64,000 nt of DNA from Callorhinchus milii (lineage: Eukaryota). This document shows positions 25,941 to 38,505 of this stretch, piece after piece. Every line of letters begins with the position of its first letter. Within the stretch, counting starts at the first letter, position 1. Made by a program: the position numbers and the translations under genes. The notes beneath the pieces are model-generated. The model was not told the DNA's origin, ran no database searches, and saw only the letters and a program-made list of their open reading frames with translations. Location: contig NW_024704743.1 in assembly GCF_018977255.1 (NCBI RefSeq), positions 78,246,001-78,310,000 of the forward strand. Reading direction: 5' to 3'.

Positions 25941-27489
25941 TGTTAAACCAAAGACGAGATGCTAAACTAAGATCCGGTCTGTCCATTTGGTTAATGTTAA
26001 AGATCCCATGGTACTATTCAAAAAGAGAAGGAAGTTTTTCCTGGTGTCCTGCCCAACAGCAACCACCACCACCCCCCCACTCTCAATAATATTTGTTATT
26101 CGCTTTCCTACTGCTTGTAGGACATTGCTGCACGGAAATTGGGTTTCTTGTTTGCCTACAAATACAATCACTAAACTTTACAGTAAAATCCTGTGAAACG
26201 TTTGAGACATGTTGTCAAAGTGATAAAGGACTAAATCAAATTCAAAGGATTTGGGATGGTTGTAGACCTGGAAACCACCTTTCACTTGTGGATCTCAGCC
26301 ACCCGTGGGCCTCCGTTCCTGATGTCTATCTTTGGGATATTATCATAATTTAGCACATTTAACATGGTGCTTTATTACATTGTAGCAACATTTCAAAGCG
26401 TTTCACAGGATTTACTATAAAGTAGTGCATTTTATGGACAAAGTAGCAGTCAATTTGCTCACAGCAATGTCCAATAAACAGTCATGAAGTGGCAGAAGTG
26501 AAATTAATGACAAGATTTTCGTCCAAGACACTGAAATTCCTTTCTCCTTTTGAATAGTGACATTTTTGAATAGTGAATAGTAACATCCATCTGAATAGCA
26601 GCCTGGACCTTGGTTTAATGTGTAATCCAAAAGACATTACATTTGCAGCACAGCCCCAGCATTCTATTGCAGTGTCAGCCAGAGTCCTGACATGGGGCGT
26701 GAACTCACAATCTTCTACCTCAGAAGCAAGAGCATCTACCAACAGATCCTAGCTGACACCTAAATGACCATCCATTTTCATTTTCTGTCTAGTGGGAGAA
26801 GGCATAGAAATAAGGTTCATTGCAGTATCTGAAGAGCAAAGGAGGATTCTATTGACTCTGTAGGACTTAGAGGTGTAATATACCTGTCCTATGTTTTTTC
26901 CTCTCTTCCTTTCTGCTTTTCGCTGCCCAGAAGAGCAGGTTTGGAGGTGAGACTATTCAATCATTTGTGAAAGCAGTCTTCGTCTGTACTTTTACTTATC
27001 TCCGTTAAAAATGATGCCAAGAAAGAAGCAAACAGACTTTTTTTCAAGTAAATTCACATCAACATGATGTTGTAGTATTGAATTTTACATCAGCTATGTT
27101 CCACCCAAAGTTGTAATACTTAGGATGTTCCCAGATGTCGATACTGTAGTGTCTGGTAATATAAACTCTCCTGAACTAGACATTTTCAGAGAGTATTATT
27201 AAGTGTTTTCAGCAATCTGGTTTTATTTAATTTCAGCATTTTTTTTAAAAGGTAATCAAAATGTTAATTTATTTTACTGAAAACCATAACTTCAGGAATT
27301 TAATATTCTAACCTCATCCTCCGCCCCCCCTGCCCCAGGACACAACCTTTACCGAGCTGTGATGGTGTGACAGAAGAGGTAGAACAACAACAACAACAAG
27401 ATTCCATTTATAGAGCGCCTTTCACGTCAGGAGGACGTCCCAAGCATCTCCTTGCCTGTTTGCCTCTTGGTATCGTTTTGAAAAAGCAA

Positions 27490-28080
27490 ATCAAAACGCT
27501 AACGGAATGTTGGCCTTTATCTCAGAGGGGCAGGAATACGAAAGCGAGGAAGTGATGCTGCAGTTGTAGAGAGCTTTGATCCGACCCCATCTGGAGTACT
27601 GTGTTCAGTTTTGGGCACCGCACTTCAGGAAGGATATATTGGCCTTGGATGGGGTACAGCGCAGATTCACCAGAATGATACCAGGGACGAAAGGGTTAAA
27701 TTATGAGGACAGGTTGCATATGATCTAATCCAGGGTGTTTAAAATGATAAAGGGACGTGACAGGGTAGAAACAGAGAATCTATTTCCTCTGGTGGGGGAA
27801 ACCAGTACGAGGGGGCATCATCTTAAAATTGAAGCCTGGACAGTCAGGAGTGAAACCAGGATGCATTTTCACATAAAGGGCATGGGAATCTGGAATTCTC
27901 TCTACCAAAAGGCGTGGATGCTGGAATTTTCAAGACTGAGGTCAATAGATATTTAGGTCAGGGTATCATGGGATATGGAGAAAAAGAGGGTAAATGGATT
28001 TGAGGTACAGATCAGCCACAATTTGATAAAATGGTGGAACATGCTCAAGTGCTGAATTGCTTACTCCTGTTTCTTTGAAA
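27490..28080 (+). mobile_element. CR1 LINE 3' fragment
   Basis: RPHLEYCVQFWAPHFRKDI..VQRRFTRMIPG and TRGHHLKI motifs. Confidence 0.85.
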
Positions 28081-28183
28081 CGGAGATCCGCCATAAACCA
28101 TAACCCACGGATTGACTTGTAAAAAATTAAATCCTTCCAGTAGCTGAATCATTTCCATTTAATCTGTTGGAGGTTTTCACAAG

Positions 28184-28407
28184 CTAAGTGAATATTCCGC
28201 TTCTTCCAGCTCCTGAACTGAACCTCTCTGCACCAGGGATGGCCTCCTCCAAAATTGCGTGTTTGGCATTGTCAAATTCGAACTGCATGGCTTCAGTAAA
28301 GGAAGAGGCATTGAAGGTACTGTAGTAAGCAGAGGCTCTGTCTGCAACCAGACACTGCTGAGGAAATGTAGATATCTGTTCTGCTAACTTTATGGCATGT
28401 TGAAGAG
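28184..28407 (-). CDS. Enoyl-CoA hydratase-family gene, last coding exon (6)
   Basis: cctgcag|CT CTT CAA...ALQHAIKLAEQISTFPQQCLVADRASAYY...GAERFSSGAGRSGIFT* (TAG at 28186-28184). The six exons sum to 966 nt = 321 aa + stop with consistent phases. Confidence 0.93.
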
Positions 28408-28449
28408 CTGCAGGGGAGAAAAGGAACATTAGCACTGAGCTGTACTACA

Positions 28450-28481
28450 GTACCATCTAGTGGTTCATCAACTGAACTGCT
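28450..28481 (-). promoter_or_regulatory. Candidate CTCF site with upstream motif
   Basis: Minus strand AGCAGTTCA-gttgatgaa-CCACTAGATGGTAC. Confidence 0.4.
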
Positions 28482-30940
28482 AAAGAAGAATTAAATCCCA
28501 GCAACAACGACGTCAGAAAAAAAAGGATAACAATAATCCTTGTATTTGATTTAGACACTGTGATATAATTTTAGACATCAGACAATCAAAGCATGGACCT
28601 GTAGTTTTGATGTTATAATAATAATAATTCTTGCATTTGATATCGCACCTTATCACGTCTTCGAGACGTCTCAAAGCGCTTCACAGAATATACTGTAAAC
28701 TGAATTACTGTATATTTTGTAGGCAAAACGTAGATGGATATCAAGATTTTTTAATTTCAAGAGGATTTTTTTTCAAAAAGGTGAAAACAAAACAGAGTTC
28801 CGAGCTGGATAATTTTATCCAATAATAGTAAAAAAAACCTCAAAATTTTGCAAAAAAGCATTTTTAAGCGCTTTCCCGCAACTGTCGGCAAAAATACACA
28901 GGGGAAATCTACAGGAAAAGACAGCAAACGTCACTGAAACTATTCAGTATTGTGTTGTTTGAAAATGATTACAAACCAGCACAGGCACTATCCTTTGTGA
29001 GACTTTCAAATGGGTCTAGTTATGCCTTTCAATCAGAAATTCCTGATAATATCCCTTTAAATATGGAATAATAAATTAGAAATCATGACATAGAAGGAGG
29101 CTACTTGGCACATCAAGTTTTTGCTGGAGCCAGCTTCTCCACTAGAACTGACTACAGCAGACAACTTGATAGCCACACAAAAAAAAAAGAAAATAATAAA
29201 TTGGTCACTCAATCCACGATTGTTTGTGGGACACTGCTCGGTGCAATTGTCTGCCGCGTTTCATCCATATAATCAATTCATAGTATATACACAGTCAATA
29301 TACAGTATAGTCTGTGAAGTGCGTTGAGGCGTCTCGAAGACGTGATAAGGCGCTATATCAAATGCAAGGATTATTATTAGATATTATAATTGGGACCCAT
29401 AGTAGATATTAATACAGTGTGAATATGTGGTCTTTGTTTGTCTGTGTCCGTCCGCCTGGCCCTCTCTCTCCCCCTTTTCAAGTTTTACCTGAAAACCTTC
29501 ATCTGGGACCGTGCTTATGGCCACCTCCCCCTTACCCCCCGGCTCGGAGTCAGGCTCCGCCACTTTTAAACACTCCGAGACGCTATCCTGCGTGGAGCAA
29601 GTTGTTGTTGTTGTTGTGTGTGATTCTCTCTCTCTCCCTCTCCAACTGCCTCTGATTCTTTGTGTGCATGCAGTTCATACAAAACAGAAGCAAAGAAGAA
29701 GTAAAACCAAGAATATATTTGATTTGAGTAAAAGGAAAATTAAGCCCTAGGCATTTAGAGGGGATCACACAGGTTTAAATGTTAGTTGTAATTGTTCTAG
29801 CTTGAGGAAATAAACTGAGGCAATAAAACTAATTGTAAGACACAGGACAGGTATAAGTCTCAGTAACAACAATAACAATTTACATTCACATTGAATCTTA
29901 CTTGTTGGGAGAATGTATCAAAGTTAAGTCTGAGCTGAGTGAGGGGGTGGTGGGAGGGGTGGGCGGCAGAAAGCCCACAGAGGTAGCTCTTTAGGTGGGG
30001 TTTGAAAGGAGAGAGGTAAGCGGGGGAAAGAAGTGTTCAAAGGATTATTGAAGCACACCATGGCTTAAAGTTTTCCCATAAACCCTACGTAGAGCTCAGG
30101 GATTCAATGATGAGGTTTGTGCTCACCTGTAGCATTTCTTATTCATAAGAATAATGATAATCCTTGCATTTGATATAGCGCCTTATCACATTGTTGAAAT
30201 GTCTCAAAGCGCTTCACAGAATATATTGTAAAGTAGATTGACTGCATTTTGCCCGCGAAACACAGCAGCCAATTCCACACAGCTGTGTCCCACAAACAGT
30301 CGTGGATTGAATGACAACATTTTTTTGGAGGGATTAATACCCCAGAAAGTGATCCAACAATTGACTAACAACTGGGTTCCTACTTACTGCTTGGTAAATA
30401 GAGGAATGTGGCGTAAGGAAACTTACCTAAGGTTTCGTCCTGTACGGGAATCAAACCTAGGTTCTCTCCCTTGCAAGGTGAGCGCACTAGCCAGTACGCT
30501 ACAGGTCTCCATCATACACTAGATGTCTTCTATCAGGAGAGGGAAATGATTGCAAAAGATTCCTATTTGTCTCGGGATATGGGATATGGCAGGGCCAGGG
30601 TTTATTGCTCACCCGTAGTTGATGTGGGCCCTCTCATTTACGCCTCTCTTTTGAGACCTTGTGACCCCACAATGTTGTTTGGTGGGGAACACCAGGATTA
30701 TAACCCAACTATTCTCAGAATGGATGGTTCATCTCGCCTGCCAGAGGTAGATGTCGGGTAAGTACATGTTTCCATCCCGCATCTGGCTTCCATTATTTAC
30801 ATTATTTGCATGTGGTTGGCAATGCGATGCAGGAGCAGCATTAGTGCATCATTTTAAGCAAACCAGAACTGGCTAATTTCCTTAGTTTCAAGTAAAGATC
30901 AAAAAATATATACAACGATTTTGTGAAGAGCTGCACTAAC

Positions 30941-31090
30941 CTTGACCATCTGGAACAATACGGTTGGCAAGCCCAAATTCATAAGCTTCTTGTGCCCCAA
31001 TGGGACGTCCGGTTAAGATGAGATCCATTGCCCTGGATAACCCAATTAGCTTTGGTAGCCTTACTGTACCCCCATCAATTAATGGAACAC
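30941..31090 (-). CDS. Enoyl-CoA hydratase-family gene, exon 5
   Basis: ccaag|GT GTT CCA...(G)[55 protein letters not shown]; 150 bp. Confidence 0.95.
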
Positions 31091-31200
31091 CTTGGAGAGT
31101 AAAACACAGGGAGGGTGATATAAGAAAAAAACATTTGTACTGCCATATGAATATTCCAAGTTATGGGCTTTTCCTGACTTCAAAAGCTGGAGAAACATAC

Positions 31201-31345
31201 CAAAGCGTCTGCAGAAGACTCCCATGATAGCACTTTGTTCCACAATACGCAAATCAGCCAACAAGGACAGTTCCATCCCTCCAGCAACTGCGTATCCACT
31301 CACTGCAGCAAGCACTGGCTTTGAAAACTGCATCCGAGATGGTCC
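31201..31345 (-). CDS. Enoyl-CoA hydratase-family gene, exon 4
   Basis: gacag|GPSRMQFSKPVLAAVSGYAVAGGMELSLLADLRIVEQSAIMGVFCRRF G|GTATG; 145 bp; crotonase signature KP.IAAV.G.A.GGG.EL. Confidence 0.95.
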
Positions 31346-32524
31346 CTGTCAAGAATAAATGGATTGTATCATCTGGAAGATGTTCAAGGCAATGTTGCGA
31401 ACTAGGTCATATCTATCACTGGTTTCACAGCTTATCAATGCTGGCTTTCTAGTGTTATCTACAAGATACCTTGAACTCACAGAAACGGAAGAAATTCAGA
31501 GAAACGTTAGCTCGAGAATATCCCTAATATAAAAAAACACACTTTACTCCCATCAGTTTAATGCTGCTTTTCCTTGTCTTTAGGACAGAAAGCGTAAAGA
31601 TTCATTCATACCTCTGCCGACTGCAGGTCACCTACTCTTAGCCTGTAACACCATTTTGTCTTAAAACTTTAGGAAAATGCAGAACACTGGGAAAAAAAAT
31701 CAAATCCAGTCTTAATTTGGAATCCAATTTGATTTAAGAACTGCCGAAAACCGGCTTCCAAATTAAGGCTCAATTTAAGATTTATTTCATGATCCTGCAC
31801 AATATAAATTTATGTGCAAAATGTTCTCCAACTAATAATAGATGGAACTTTGGACCACATATTTCATTATAACAACAAAACACATCTGTGAAAGAACAGC
31901 GAGGAACAGAGATGACACGTGAAATCTGAATACATCCCCAATACATTGCTCCAGTTATCATGCAAGTTTCCTGGTTTAGATCCCAAGAAGACTAGTTGGG
32001 TTTCCTGCCAGTAGATCAATCTGTAGGGACCATGACAACTTATAGGTGTGTAAAATAGATAAGATAAGTAATATCACAAATATCACGCAGCTACCTGGCA
32101 AACATTACATTCAGTAACAGTATAAGTTGTTCTGCTCTATGTAACCAGTAGGATTTCTTATATGGAAAACATTTCCTTGGGATTTTGAAAAAAAATATTT
32201 TCTTTGGCACTCACTTTTCGGAACTGGCTTTTAACCTCTGTTTCCCTTGAAGAGGTCTCACCAGCACTTTTTAATTATAAAAAGGATATTCTGTACAAGC
32301 CCAAGTTTAAACGTAAAACCAACACTGAATATCTCAGTTGAGGCTCCCAGGTCTGGCTCAGCTCCCAGGCCCGACATTGAGAGAACGGGGGGAATTACAG
32401 AAATTAAAACCTTAGTCTCCAGAGATTGCTGCATGTATATACAAGTTAAACAGTTATGTTTAGAAGGGCAAATAAAGGTCAGCTATAATTACATATGACT
32501 GTATTTTACATATATTGTACATAC

Positions 32525-32622
32525 CAAAGGACCCGGCTCCCTGGTGACATCTTGTTCAAATTTAACAGGCAATGCAACTTGAGCCAACTCCTTCAAGTCA
32601 TAACCAGCACAGAAATTACCCC
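32525..32622 (-). CDS. Enoyl-CoA hydratase-family gene, exon 3
   Basis: ccacag|GG GGT AAT TTC TGT GCT GGT TAT GAC TTG (GNFCAGYDLKEL, oxyanion-hole motif)...PGPL|GTATG; 98 bp; not in the supplied ORF track. Confidence 0.92.
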
Positions 32623-33775
32623 CTGTGGAGGCCACAAAAGGTTAGACACTCGATGCTTTTCAAAAATAATGAAAACACATATTTTATTTATATGTTTTCC
32701 TCTTGCCGGCTGCTCACTACTAGCACGAGACGAGTGGTGACGTACCAAGATCCTATGGTTTCAGGACAAAGGTAGAAAATGCAAACTTGTGCAAAAGTAA
32801 TTATTATTTACCTGTCTCTTTGCAAATCCACAAAGTAAACAAGTGCTGCCAATGTTAAAAGTAAAAGTAAGAGCAGGGATGGCTCCATACAAGGCACCAA
32901 TTGCTGTAAATTGGAGGGGAGAGGATGTTGTTTCACAATCCAATCTCAGCTCGTATATGTATTCTGGTTCCCTGTGCTTTCATCTCTTCACAATATTACA
33001 AGCCAAGTACAGATAAATAATAATCCTTGCATTTGATATAGCGATTTAACACGTCTTCGAGACGTCTCAAAGTGTTTCACAGAATATAGTGTAAAGTGAG
33101 TTGACTATGTTTTGTGGGCGAATGCCAAGAAGTACTTCTTTACACAGTTCATTGGGATATTTGATCTCATTCTTTCCAGGATACCCATCCTACCATCTTC
33201 CCATTATAGCATTAAGCTGCTTTTTAAATAAATCCAGCAACATGACTTTCTATCCTTCTTAGTAATTCGTTCCAGCTCTTGATTCCCCTTTGTGAAAAGA
33301 AATACTTCCTGGCATCTATTTTAAAAGTGCCCATCACAATCTGTCACCATTTTTACCTTCACCACTTCAATTAATTTTTTTGAGGTTTCATTCCTGAATT
33401 CTTCATTGGGATTAACAGGCTAAGAAACAGGATTTCTTAACATAATTCCTAAATAAAGAATTCAAAGGACTCCTTCTGATAATTGGTGCCTGTCATTATG
33501 ACCAATGGCAAATCTGCTTCAATGTGATTTAATTCAGAGCACAGTTTCCCCAGTTCAGCAGATGTTTTAATGGGATTTCTTATTAAGGACTTTTGTTTAT
33601 AAATACTGCAAATTGTGTTAAAACAAAAATTTTGAGGTTGTTTTAGCTGTTTATTATCAAAATTCTCAAAACAGTCAAACTCTTTGACATGATGATCAAC
33701 CAAATCTGTCCACAAAGCAAATGTCACTAAAAACAATAACATTGTCTAAACTTTATTCAACATTAAGCAGCAAAC

Positions 33776-33946
33776 CTGTTCCGTGCAATACAGCTGCTGT
33801 CAAAGACTTGTCCCTCTCAAAAGCAGTGAATGCATCCAGCAAGTGTTGGGCTGTCTTCTTATTCACAGCATTCCTTATTTCTGGCCTGTTAATTCCAATG
33901 GTGATAATCGTTCCAATCTTTTCGGTGATAACATTGCTCTTCTCAA
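33776..33946 (-). CDS. Enoyl-CoA hydratase-family gene, exon 2
   Basis: ttgtag|TT GAG AAG...ITIGINRPEIRNAVN...AAVLHGT G|GTTTG; 171 bp, phase 1-1; crotonase N-terminal motif NRP..RNA. Confidence 0.92.
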
Positions 33947-35285
33947 CTACAAAGCAGAACAAGTGATCATCATACTTTGCTTTGCAGATTTACAATAGAA
34001 CTGTACAAAATTCACTGTGGCATTCTCAGATGAAATTAGGATATCCTCCCTAAATCTGATAGTTGTACGCTTCTAAATTACACCTAGAATCACAAAATTA
34101 CAAAATTGTTGAGTTTCATACACTCTCCCCCCTCTCCCCAAAATTTTCAAATGGTTAAATTGCTTACCAACTTAAACAATCTCAGTGAACTTAGTGCAGT
34201 TTGTAACAGTAATTAGAAATATGTCAGTACAGAAACAGTATGGATGCAATGAACATTTGATGAAATGTTTACAGCCAAATGAAAGACCTTGCAGCCTCTT
34301 CAATCTAGTGCTTGCTCCCCCATCTCGTCCCTGTGCTATCATCATACCCTTTAAAATTAGTTTTCCTCAAATATTTATCCAAGTATTTTCTGATTTCTTT
34401 GATGTCTCAGTTTCAACAGCCAGTCATGGTAACAGTCTGTGCAAAAATAATCCTCCAATCTCCTCCTTCTTCTGGTGATAGTCCTTGATTATTCTCATCA
34501 CACATCAGTGGAAATAGTCTCACTTGTATTCACCCTATCTAAATATTTCATGATTTTGAAAACCTCTATTAGATTTACACTTACCTTTTCTGTTCTGTTC
34601 TAGACAAAACGCTCCCCGATGTTTGAAGCCTCTCCTAATAACTATAACTCCACATAACTGTAATATATAACAATAATCCTTGCATTTGTTGTAGAGCCTT
34701 ATCACATCATTGAAACGTCTCAAAGTGCTTCATAGAATACATTGTAAAATGTAGTAACTGTGTGTATTTTTGTGGGTGAGCACGGGCAGCCAATTCGTGC
34801 TTTGCACCATCCCACGAACAGGACACCCCTTCTCTAATATAACTCCAAATAACAAATTGTTTGTCACTCCAAGTCCTGCCATGATGAACCCGACTGTCCA
34901 GACAGTCATCAGGGTGGCCCTGGAATGACATATTAATGAAGAGCGAGCTATTTCCTGGAAAGCCACTCTGTCACACATTGCAGTCTGTGTGTGTCCCGAG
35001 GAGTTCATACGGTATTAAGGCATTTACTACTCACAAAAGTCACTTTCAGTTCAATCAGGACTGCAAAGCAGAGCAATCCAGTCTGGAACTCTGTGCATCA
35101 ACCATTGAAAACAAGACAGAGTGCAAACGTGTGTCAGCCCCCAGGGGAGAGGCACAGACCTTGTGACTGGGTGGGGGTAGTGATATTTATAACCAGCAAC
35201 AGCTGCAAACACATTCAGGACAGGAGAAGCTTTTAAAATATTATTATTATTCAGGGTCACCCAGAGAGACAAGAAGCAAACAGAG

Positions 35286-35452
35286 GTGGGGTGGGGGGCT
35301 GTGGAGAGGGGTGGGGGGCTGTGGAGAGGGGTGGGGGCTGTGGGGTGGGGTAGTGTGGGGAGGGGGGCTGTGGGGTGGGGTAGTGTGGGGAGGGGTGGGG
35401 GCTGTGGGGTGGGGGCTGTGGGGTGGGGTAGTGTGGGGAGGGGGGGGCTGTG
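35286..35452. repeat. G-rich minisatellite (GGGGCTGTGGGGTGGGGTAGTGTGGGGAGG-type)
   Basis: Direct reading; immediately after the exon 1 donor of the hydratase gene. Confidence 0.93.
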
Positions 35453-35473
35453 CAGCCTCACTCACTCACTCAC

Positions 35474-35651
35474 TGTGTGTGTGAGCTGCAGCCTGTGTCA
35501 GGCTGTGGCTGCGGCTGAAGCTGTTGCTCGGGGCTCTGCACTGAGCCACTCTGCCCTGGTCTATGCCCCCTCTCAGCCCTGCCCGCAGCCCTGCCCACAG
35601 CCCTGCCCACAGCCCTGCCCGCAGCCCTGCCCGCAGCCCTGCCGCCAACAT
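35474..35651 (-). CDS. Enoyl-CoA hydratase/crotonase-family gene, exon 1 (putative mitochondrial targeting peptide)
   Basis: gccATG at 35651. MLAAGLRAGLRAGLWAGLWAGLRAGLRGG... is Arg/Ala/Leu-rich and acid-poor. Donor CAC A|GTGAGT is phase 1 and compatible with exon 2. A CCGGAA ETS-type motif lies just upstream. Confidence 0.75.
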
Positions 35652-35928
35652 GGCAAACCCGGAACTGCAAACCTTTTGGCTCAGTGACAGCAGAGCTCAG
35701 GGGGAAGGACAACTAAAACACTGCATGTGAACGGGTTGAGAGGAAGAGAGTTCTCCTGCCTGATGTCCTGGCTGGCAGTTCCCCCAGATAACATTGAGGG
35801 TCTCAACATAAACAACAAATTGCATTTATAGAGGGCCCCTCATGTGGGGTAGCGCCCCAGAGCGTTTGGAACCTCAAACCTTTATTCCACTCCTCGTTGG
35901 CTTACCCAAGGCTTCCGCTCCGGCCATT

Positions 35929-36058
35929 CTGACCCTGCCACTCACTTGCTTACAACTGACCCTGCCACTCGCTTGCTTACAACTGACCCTGCCACTCGTT
36001 TGCTTACAACTGACCCTGCCACTCGCTTGCTTACAACTGACCCTGCCACTCGCTTGCT
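35929..36058. repeat. 27-bp tandem repeat, ~4.8 copies
   Basis: Unit CTGACCCTGCCACTCGCTTGCTTACAA starting at 35929, 35956, 35983, 36010, 36037. Confidence 0.95.
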
Positions 36059-36582
36059 CGTGTCACATCATGAGGACGCCTCATTAAAGAGTTTCGCGGG
36101 TTTTACTGCTAAGTGGAGTGACTGTGTGTACTTTGCAGGTGAACACTCACTTCATGGCTGTTTGTGGGATATTGCTGTGCGCAAAGTGGCTGTCGTATTC
36201 GCCTGCAAAGTAGGCACAGTCATTACACTTCGCAATAAATCCCATGAAACGCTTTGAGGTATTCTCCTGACATGAGAGGGGCTGTTACAAATCTAAGGAT
36301 TATTTGCTTTAAGTGGGAGAGCGAGCGCAGGTCTCTGTCTAAACAGTGATAAAGTCAGCATTGACTAGACCATGAACTTTGTGGTTAGAAGTAACATGTG
36401 ATGTGATAGGTATGTACAGTACTTACTGGTGATTATTATGTAAATTATTATAATAATATATAAATTATTGACACTAACTTGCATTTATATAGTGCTTTTC
36501 ACGTAGGATAAGGTCTTGGAACGCTTTACCGTAATGTGGTCAGACCCTGAGCAAGGGAGAAGCGCCTTTGTTTTTTGGTCAG

Positions 36583-37110
36583 CTGGGTGACATCATCCGC
36601 TGACATGGGGTCAAGTTCCACATGTATGCAGATGACACTCAACTATATCTCTCTGCCTCCACTCTCAACTCCACGACCACTGCTGTCCTGACAGAATGTC
36701 TGTCAGACATCAAGTCCTGGATGAGAGCTAAGTTTTTACAGTTGAACATCAACAAGACCGAGGCTCTCCTGATTGGCTCCCGTCAGCGCCTCCACACCTC
36801 AGGCACTGACAGCATCACCATCCATGGATGCACATTCCACCTTACTAAGGTCCAGAATCTTGGGGTCTTGTTTGACCCTCAACTATCCTTTTTATCCCTT
36901 CCATAGGCTGCAAATCATTCAGAACTCTGCAGCCCGTGTCCTCTCCCACACCAGGCACTGTGACCCTATCACCCCCATCCTCGCCCAAGTCCACTGGCTT
37001 CCCATCACACAGAGGATACAGTTCAAGATCTTGGTCCTCACCTTCAAACCCCTCCATGGCCTTGCTCCCCCTACCCCTGCGACCTCCTAACTCCCTACCA
37101 TCCTGCCCCC
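36583..37110 (+). mobile_element. L2 RT fragment (internally deleted)
   Basis: MYADDTQLYLS..LQLNINKTE..NLGVLFDPQLSF. Confidence 0.88.
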
Positions 37111-37169
37111 AGCATAGCTTGCCATTATATAATCCTGGAATAATCCTGCCACGGTATTCGGGGTAATCC

Positions 37170-38505
37170 AGCCACTGTATAAATCATTGGTGAGACTGTA
37201 CTTAAGAGTACTGTGTACAGTTTTGGTCGCCTCAGTACAAAAAGGATATGGGAGAAATCAAGAGGATACAGACGTGGGCAACCAAAATGATTGAGGGAAT
37301 GGAGGGACTGGCCTATAAGGAGTGACTATACTCCTTGACTTGATTTCAAGATCCTCATCCTCACCTACAAGGCCATTCACGGCCTTGCTCCCTCCTACCT
37401 CTCCAACCTACTATCCCCCTACCTACCTGCCCGTACCCTCCGTTCCTCTGGCTCCGGTCTGCTCCACGTCCCCCGCCCCAACCGCCCTAATATCGGTGGT
37501 CGGGCCTTCAGCCTCTCAGCCCCGAGGCTCTGGAACTCCATCCCCCAGTGCCTTCGCCACCTCCGCCCTTTCCTCCTTCAAGGCCGGTCTCAAAACCTTT
37601 CTCTTTGACCGTGCCTTCAGCTCCCCTCTCGACTCTCTTCCTCCTCCTCGCTCCCTCCCTTCCCTTCCCTCACCCTGACCATTTCCCCCCTCCTCTCTCC
37701 CTCCCTCCCTCACCTTGACCATTTCCCCCTGCTCGGGTCATGACTAACTGTGCAGCGCCTTGGGACGTCCTCCTGACGTGAAAGGCGCTCTATAAATGGA
37801 ATCTTGTTGTTGTTGTTGTTGTTGACTAAGTAAATTGGGCATGTTCACACTAGAAAAGAGAAGACTGAGAGGTAATATGACTGCTGTCTTTAAGTTTCTA
37901 AAGGGGCAAGACAATATAAATCATGACAGGCTGTTTCAACTTGTCCAGAATAATAAAACCAGAGGTCAGAGCCTGCGATTGAAAGCGGTAAATTCAGAAC
38001 AAATCTACGCAAACACTATTTCAGTGAGCGAATAGTAAACCTGTGGACCAGGCTCCCTAGGGAGACAGTTGAAGCAGGAAGTGTTGAATCCTTCAAACAC
38101 AAATTAGATAGTTTTCTTTTAGGAAATTACATTATAGCATATAGTACATAGGTAATAATAATAATAATAATAATAATAATCCTTGCATTTGATATAGCGC
38201 TTTTCACGTTGGGAGGACGTCCCAAAGTGCTTCACAGAACACACTATATATTTGTGGGCGAACGCGGCAGCCAATTGCGCACAGCAATGTCCCACAAACA
38301 GTCGTAGATTGAAAATGACCAATTTTGTTTTTGGTTTTGGAGGGATTATTATTAGGCGTGTGGAGTAAGGAAACTTGCCCAAGGTTTCGCCCTGCCTGGA
38401 ATTGTAGTTCGGGACATATGCGCAAGCGACCACCAGGAAGATGGAAGGCGAATTAGATGGACCTCATTTTTTTTTCGCCTAGCATTTCTTATGTTCTTAT
38501 GTTCT
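37170..38505 (+). mobile_element. CR1 LINE 3' fragment interrupted by an L2 (~37345-37825, +) and a SINE (~38153-38405, -)
   Basis: EYCVQFWSP / GMFTLEKRRLRG.M..VFK motifs and a (ttcttatg)n tail at ~38485-38505. Confidence 0.8.

Noticed and set aside
35929..36058. CRISPR-like 27-bp repeats
   Set aside because: Head-to-tail with no spacers, eukaryotic context and no cas genes.
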